From positions 640,001 through 704,000 of the forward strand of contig CAWELD010000010.1 of NCBI GenBank assembly GCA_963809895.1: a stretch of DNA of 64,000 nt, written 5' to 3'. The notes below the pieces were generated by a model. That model did not search any database, was not told the origin of the DNA, and worked only from the letters and a program-made list of their open reading frames with translations. Each line of letters begins with the position of its first letter. The first letter of the stretch is position 1. Position numbers and translations under genes: made by a program. Origin of the DNA: an uncultured Gemmatimonadales bacterium (lineage in GTDB: Bacteria > Gemmatimonadota > Gemmatimonadetes > Longimicrobiales > Gaopeijiaceae). Of this stretch, positions 60,688 to 64,000 are shown piece after piece.

Positions 60688-61551
60688 ATGCGGATGGCGT
60701 CGGGGTGGAGGATGCTGGGGATGGCAACCGCCGTGGCTGCGACGTGGGCCTGCGCCGGGCGGTCCGAGGAGGGGGGTGCGGGGTTGCCGTCGCGATGGAC
60801 CGCTCCGTCCGACTCCATGGAGTTCGTCCTGATCCCCGCGGGCTCGTTCCGGATGGGACTCCTCCATCCCCCGGACGACCTACGGCCGGCGCCCGTTCAC
60901 CCGGTCACCATCGGCGCGCCGTTCTACCTGGGCACGCACGAGGTCACGCAGGGGGAGTGGCTCGACCTCATGGGCTCGAATCCGAGCCAGTTCGCCGAAT
61001 GCGGCCTCGACTGTCCGGTGGAGAGCGTATCCTGGCACGACGTGCAGGAGTTCCTGGCTCGCCTGGGCAGTGCGAATCCCGGAGAGACGTTTCGCCTGGC
61101 CACCGAGGCGGAGTGGGAGTACGCGTGCCGCGCCGGAACGGAGGCGCGATACGGGGGCGGCGTGGATACCCTGACCGCAGACCTCGCGAACTTCGACGGG
61201 CGCATACCCTTCGAGGGACGGGTCACCGACGATTTCATCGGCCAGCCGACGCCCGTCGGGCAGTATCCTCCGAACCCGTGGGGACTCCGGGACATGGCCG
61301 GAAACGTCTGGGAGTGGGTGGCGGACGAGTACTGTCCGTACGCGGCGGGCGCGGCCCGCGACCCCGTTCAATCCTGCGGCACCGACACGATCCCCATCCG
61401 CGGTGGGAGCTGGTACTTCAGCGCCAACGCCGCGCGCTGTGGACGACGCTACACCCACGACCGCGACGACTCCGGCTTCAGCCTGGGCTTCCGGGTGGTG
61501 CGCGAGGTGCCGCCCGAACACGCGCTTCCCGATGGGGCGCGCGCAGGGTAG
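60688..61551 (+). CDS. FGE-sulfatase (SUMF1/EgtB/PvdO-like) domain lipoprotein
   Basis: IPAGSFRMG, EVTQ, PVESVSW, RL.TEAEWEYACR, NPWGL.DM.GNVWEW, RGGSW, GFR. Confidence 0.92.
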   Translation: MRMASGWRMLGMATAVAATWACAGRSEEGGAGLPSRWTAPSDSMEFVLIPAGSFRMGLLHPPDDLRPAPVHPVTIGAPFYLGTHEVTQGEWLDLMGSNPSQFAECGLDCPVESVSWHDVQEFLARLGSANPGETFRLATEAEWEYACRAGTEARYGGGVDTLTADLANFDGRIPFEGRVTDDFIGQPTPVGQYPPNPWGLRDMAGNVWEWVADEYCPYAAGAARDPVQSCGTDTIPIRGGSWYFSANAARCGRRYTHDRDDSGFSLGFRVVREVPPEHALPDGARAG

Positions 61552-61554
61552 GCG

Positions 61555-62757
61555 TCATCCCCCCGAACCCAGCTCCTCCACCTTCTTTTCGATGTCCGCG
61601 TTGCCGGGGCTCTTCGCGAGCGCCTGCTCGTAGTACGCCCGGGCTCGGTCCACCTCACCCCGGGCCGCGGAGATATCCCCCAGGAACACGTACGGGCGGT
61701 AGTTGTCCGGGTAGAGCTCCGTGCTCATGTCGGCGAAGGCGACGGCGTTGGTCGTGTCCCGGGTCAGCGCGATCCGGGTCAACCAGCCCAGCAGTCCATC
61801 CGATGGACGGAACGTCTTGCCGAGGCGCTGGGAGACCTGCTCGAAGTGATCCAGGAGTAGCGGAGGATCGGCGATGACGCGCTGAAGCGGGATGTGATAC
61901 CCGTCGAAGATGAAGCGCAGTGCGTCGTACTCGGCGATCAGCGGCACGGACCCGTGGTCGTCGTCGTCGTAGTAGTGGAAGGCGTAGCGGATGCCGCTCC
62001 GGTCGTACGCCCGCATCACGGCGTCGAAGCGGGTGATGGCCGAGAAGTGGCGGTTCGGAACGGTGTCGTCGGGCTGCGTCGTGTTGGCCTGGGCCACGTA
62101 CAGCACCTTCCCATCGAGGTGGGCGGAGCTGAAATAGGGCTTCGCATGACGGAGCAGTGTGTCGTGGTCCCACCAGAGGCTGGGGTCGATGGCGACGTAG
62201 GCGTCGAACGTCGCGGGAATCGTGTAGAGCGCATTCAGCGTCGTGATCCCCCCGAAGGAATGGCCCACGAAGACGCGGTAGGGCATCGTCCGATACTGGG
62301 CCTCGATGCGCGGGATCAGCTCGTCCCGGAGGAAGGTGAAGAAGGCGGCATTGCCCCCGCTGCTCTCGAAGGCGGGATTGGGCTCGCCCCCGGGACCGGC
62401 CACCGAGTGCGTCGGCGTCAGGTCGCGTGTGCGGTCCGTGTTGGGGATCGCGACCACGATCATCTCCGGGATCACGAAGGCCCCGTTGACGCCGGTACTC
62501 AGGATCTGGACCAGTCCGCTCACCGAGTGGAAATGCGCCTCGCCGTCGAGGAGATAGAGGACGGGGTAGCGCTGCGGCGTCGACGTGGTGTCGTGGTACG
62601 ACGGAGGCGTGTAGACCAGGTACGGTCGGCTCTCGTCGAGCGTCGCCGACCAGATGGAATCCACCGTGCCGATGTGCACGTCCTGATCGAAGCGGCCCTG
62701 CGCGAGCACGGGCAGCGGAAGCGCCAGGAACAGCAGCAGGTTGGTCAGGGCGCGCAT
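61555..62757 (-). CDS. Alpha/beta hydrolase esterase (IroE-like) with C-terminal TPR
   Basis: YPVLYLLDG, DRTRDLTP, GHSFGG, DHGSVP; TPR tail; signal peptide. Confidence 0.9.
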   Translation of the reverse strand: MRALTNLLLFLALPLPVLAQGRFDQDVHIGTVDSIWSATLDESRPYLVYTPPSYHDTTSTPQRYPVLYLLDGEAHFHSVSGLVQILSTGVNGAFVIPEMIVVAIPNTDRTRDLTPTHSVAGPGGEPNPAFESSGGNAAFFTFLRDELIPRIEAQYRTMPYRVFVGHSFGGITTLNALYTIPATFDAYVAIDPSLWWDHDTLLRHAKPYFSSAHLDGKVLYVAQANTTQPDDTVPNRHFSAITRFDAVMRAYDRSGIRYAFHYYDDDDHGSVPLIAEYDALRFIFDGYHIPLQRVIADPPLLLDHFEQVSQRLGKTFRPSDGLLGWLTRIALTRDTTNAVAFADMSTELYPDNYRPYVFLGDISAARGEVDRARAYYEQALAKSPGNADIEKKVEELGSGG

Positions 62758-62926
62758 GGGCGGGGCCGGGAGTGGGGGGTGGTTCAAGGGGTGCCGCAAG
62801 ATGCCGGGGGCTATATGCGTCTCGCCAGCGTGCCGCTTCCGCCGCCACTGCGACGCCTGGCGCCTTCACCAGGCTCCATGGCATCTTGAGGCTCCCGCTT
62901 ACGGCTGTCACCGGGAGTCGCACCCG

Positions 62927-63334
62927 ATGAGGCTCACCGTACAAGACGATCCTCAGACGATCGCCAGATACCGCCACATCAAGGCGGCCCGGAGAGGCGC
63001 GGCGCGTTGCACCGTTACCGAGCCGGGCACTGGGCGCGCGTGCACCCGCGCTCGTGGACACACGGGGCCGCACGTGCGGCACGGCGTCTTCGGGAGGGTC
63101 CTGGCGGTCTGGGATTCGGCCGTCGAGGTGCGTATGTCGGCGCAGACGCGCAAGCGAGCGTCAGAGGCACGCGCCGGAAGTGGCCTGCTCACGCGCCGTC
63201 GCCCCTGGGGATTGGCTGCGCTGCGCGGGCGGCTGGCTCGGGTCTTCTCGTCCGTCGAGGAGACGGTCTTCCTGGTCCTCTTCCTGGCCTTCATGGGATT
63301 CGCTGTGGACTGGCTCCTGAGGATCCTGGGGTAG
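62927..63334 (+). CDS. Hypothetical protein with Cys/His motif and C-terminal TM
   Basis: C-x10-C-x5-H-x3-H; RBS GGGAG. Confidence 0.6.
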   Translation: MRLTVQDDPQTIARYRHIKAARRGAARCTVTEPGTGRACTRARGHTGPHVRHGVFGRVLAVWDSAVEVRMSAQTRKRASEARAGSGLLTRRRPWGLAALRGRLARVFSSVEETVFLVLFLAFMGFAVDWLLRILG

Positions 63335-63368
63335 GCGAGTTGCGCGCCGCGCGCGGAGCCTCGGGCCG

Positions 63369-64000
63369 TTGACCGCCAGACAGGCCACCTGGTTGGCTGT
63401 ACTGGGATGTGTTCTAGCCGTCGCACGCTGCGGGGGCGAGCCGCAGAGACCCGATTTGCTCGTCTCCACGTCCGACAGCGCCGGGATCCCCGTGTATTCT
63501 CTGGCGTCCATCCCCCCGTGGGACGCCCCGGCCTTCGCATGGACGCTGGAGCTCGAGCGTGCGGTGGCGACGGATCGGCCGGGGTCGGGGCGCGCGCCCC
63601 TGCTGTACCGCCCCGAAGGCTACGCGCGCATGCCGGACGGCACGCTGGTGGTGTTGGATTCGTGGGAACGTCGCCTCGCCGTGATTCCCCCTGATCGGGA
63701 CACGGTCATGGCGCGATTCGCACCCACAGGGCAGGGACCGGGCGAGATCTGGAGCTCCAACGCGGTGCTGTGGCCCGCCGACGACACGAGCGTCTGGGTG
63801 CTGGATCCGGGCAACCAGAGGCTGGACCGTTTCGCGCTGAGCGGTGCCCTCCTGGAGGAGTCACCGGTGGTGGTCGGAGGATCGGCCGGATTCGTGCTTC
63901 AGGACCCGGTCACGCACGCGCCCTGGTTCTGGAAGGTGTTCTTCGAGGACTACGAGCACCGGACGCTGACCGACAGCGTGGGGCGTCTGGATCCGGAAGC
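63369..64000 (+). CDS. 6-bladed beta-propeller lipoprotein, runs off the window end (not in ORF track)
   Basis: TTG start after GGAG; signal peptide with Cys; DSAGIP, MPDGTLVVLD, GQGPGE, WVLDPGNQR. Confidence 0.8.
   Translation, partial: MTARQATWLAVLGCVLAVARCGGEPQRPDLLVSTSDSAGIPVYSLASIPPWDAPAFAWTLELERAVATDRPGSGRAPLLYRPEGYARMPDGTLVVLDSWERRLAVIPPDRDTVMARFAPTGQGPGEIWSSNAVLWPADDTSVWVLDPGNQRLDRFALSGALLEESPVVVGGSAGFVLQDPVTHAPWFWKVFFEDYEHRTLTDSVGRLDPE

Noticed and set aside
61395..61500. FGE-sulfatase C-terminus as a DGR variable region
   Set aside because: No template repeat copy or reverse transcriptase is seen in the window.
1..64000. tRNA, rRNA, riboswitch, transposase, integrase or phage genes
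   Set aside because: No recognisable motifs by eye; a covariance-model search is needed to fully exclude ncRNA.

Overview
GC-rich bacterial window (roughly two-thirds G+C by eye). It is probably Gemmatimonadota; this is inferred from the characteristic Ser/Thr kinase-TolB fusion, the PadR-ADOP pair and the expanded 6-bladed beta-propeller lipoproteins. I see no housekeeping operon, RNA gene, CRISPR, integrase or transposase. Instead it is a dense array of about 75 short accessory genes and gene remnants, nearly all on the + strand (no intact minus-strand gene before 27.5 kb). The cargo resembles integron cassettes: DinB, VOC, GNAT, SAM methyltransferases, APH-like kinases, a nucleotidyltransferase, an MccF-like S66 peptidase, SdpR-SdpI, AlkD, a serine hydrolase and an orphan PD-(D/E)XK nuclease. 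A few families recur as diverged paralogs: six DUF6090-like, three QxRQNT membrane proteins and seven propeller genes or remnants. No attC sites are visible. Junctions are often start/stop overlaps, and many stop codons overlap an ATG that opens only a short stub. Precise truncations and internal deletions point to real gene turnover, while the many single-base frameshifts may partly be assembly errors. Notable non-coding signals are a parS-like 16-bp palindrome plus two copies of a 15-17-bp palindrome 63 bp apart (45.1-45.3 kb), a clear sigma70 promoter before padR, and a ~315-bp imperfect direct repeat (11.25/12.05 kb). All family assignments come from motif recognition, not database searches.
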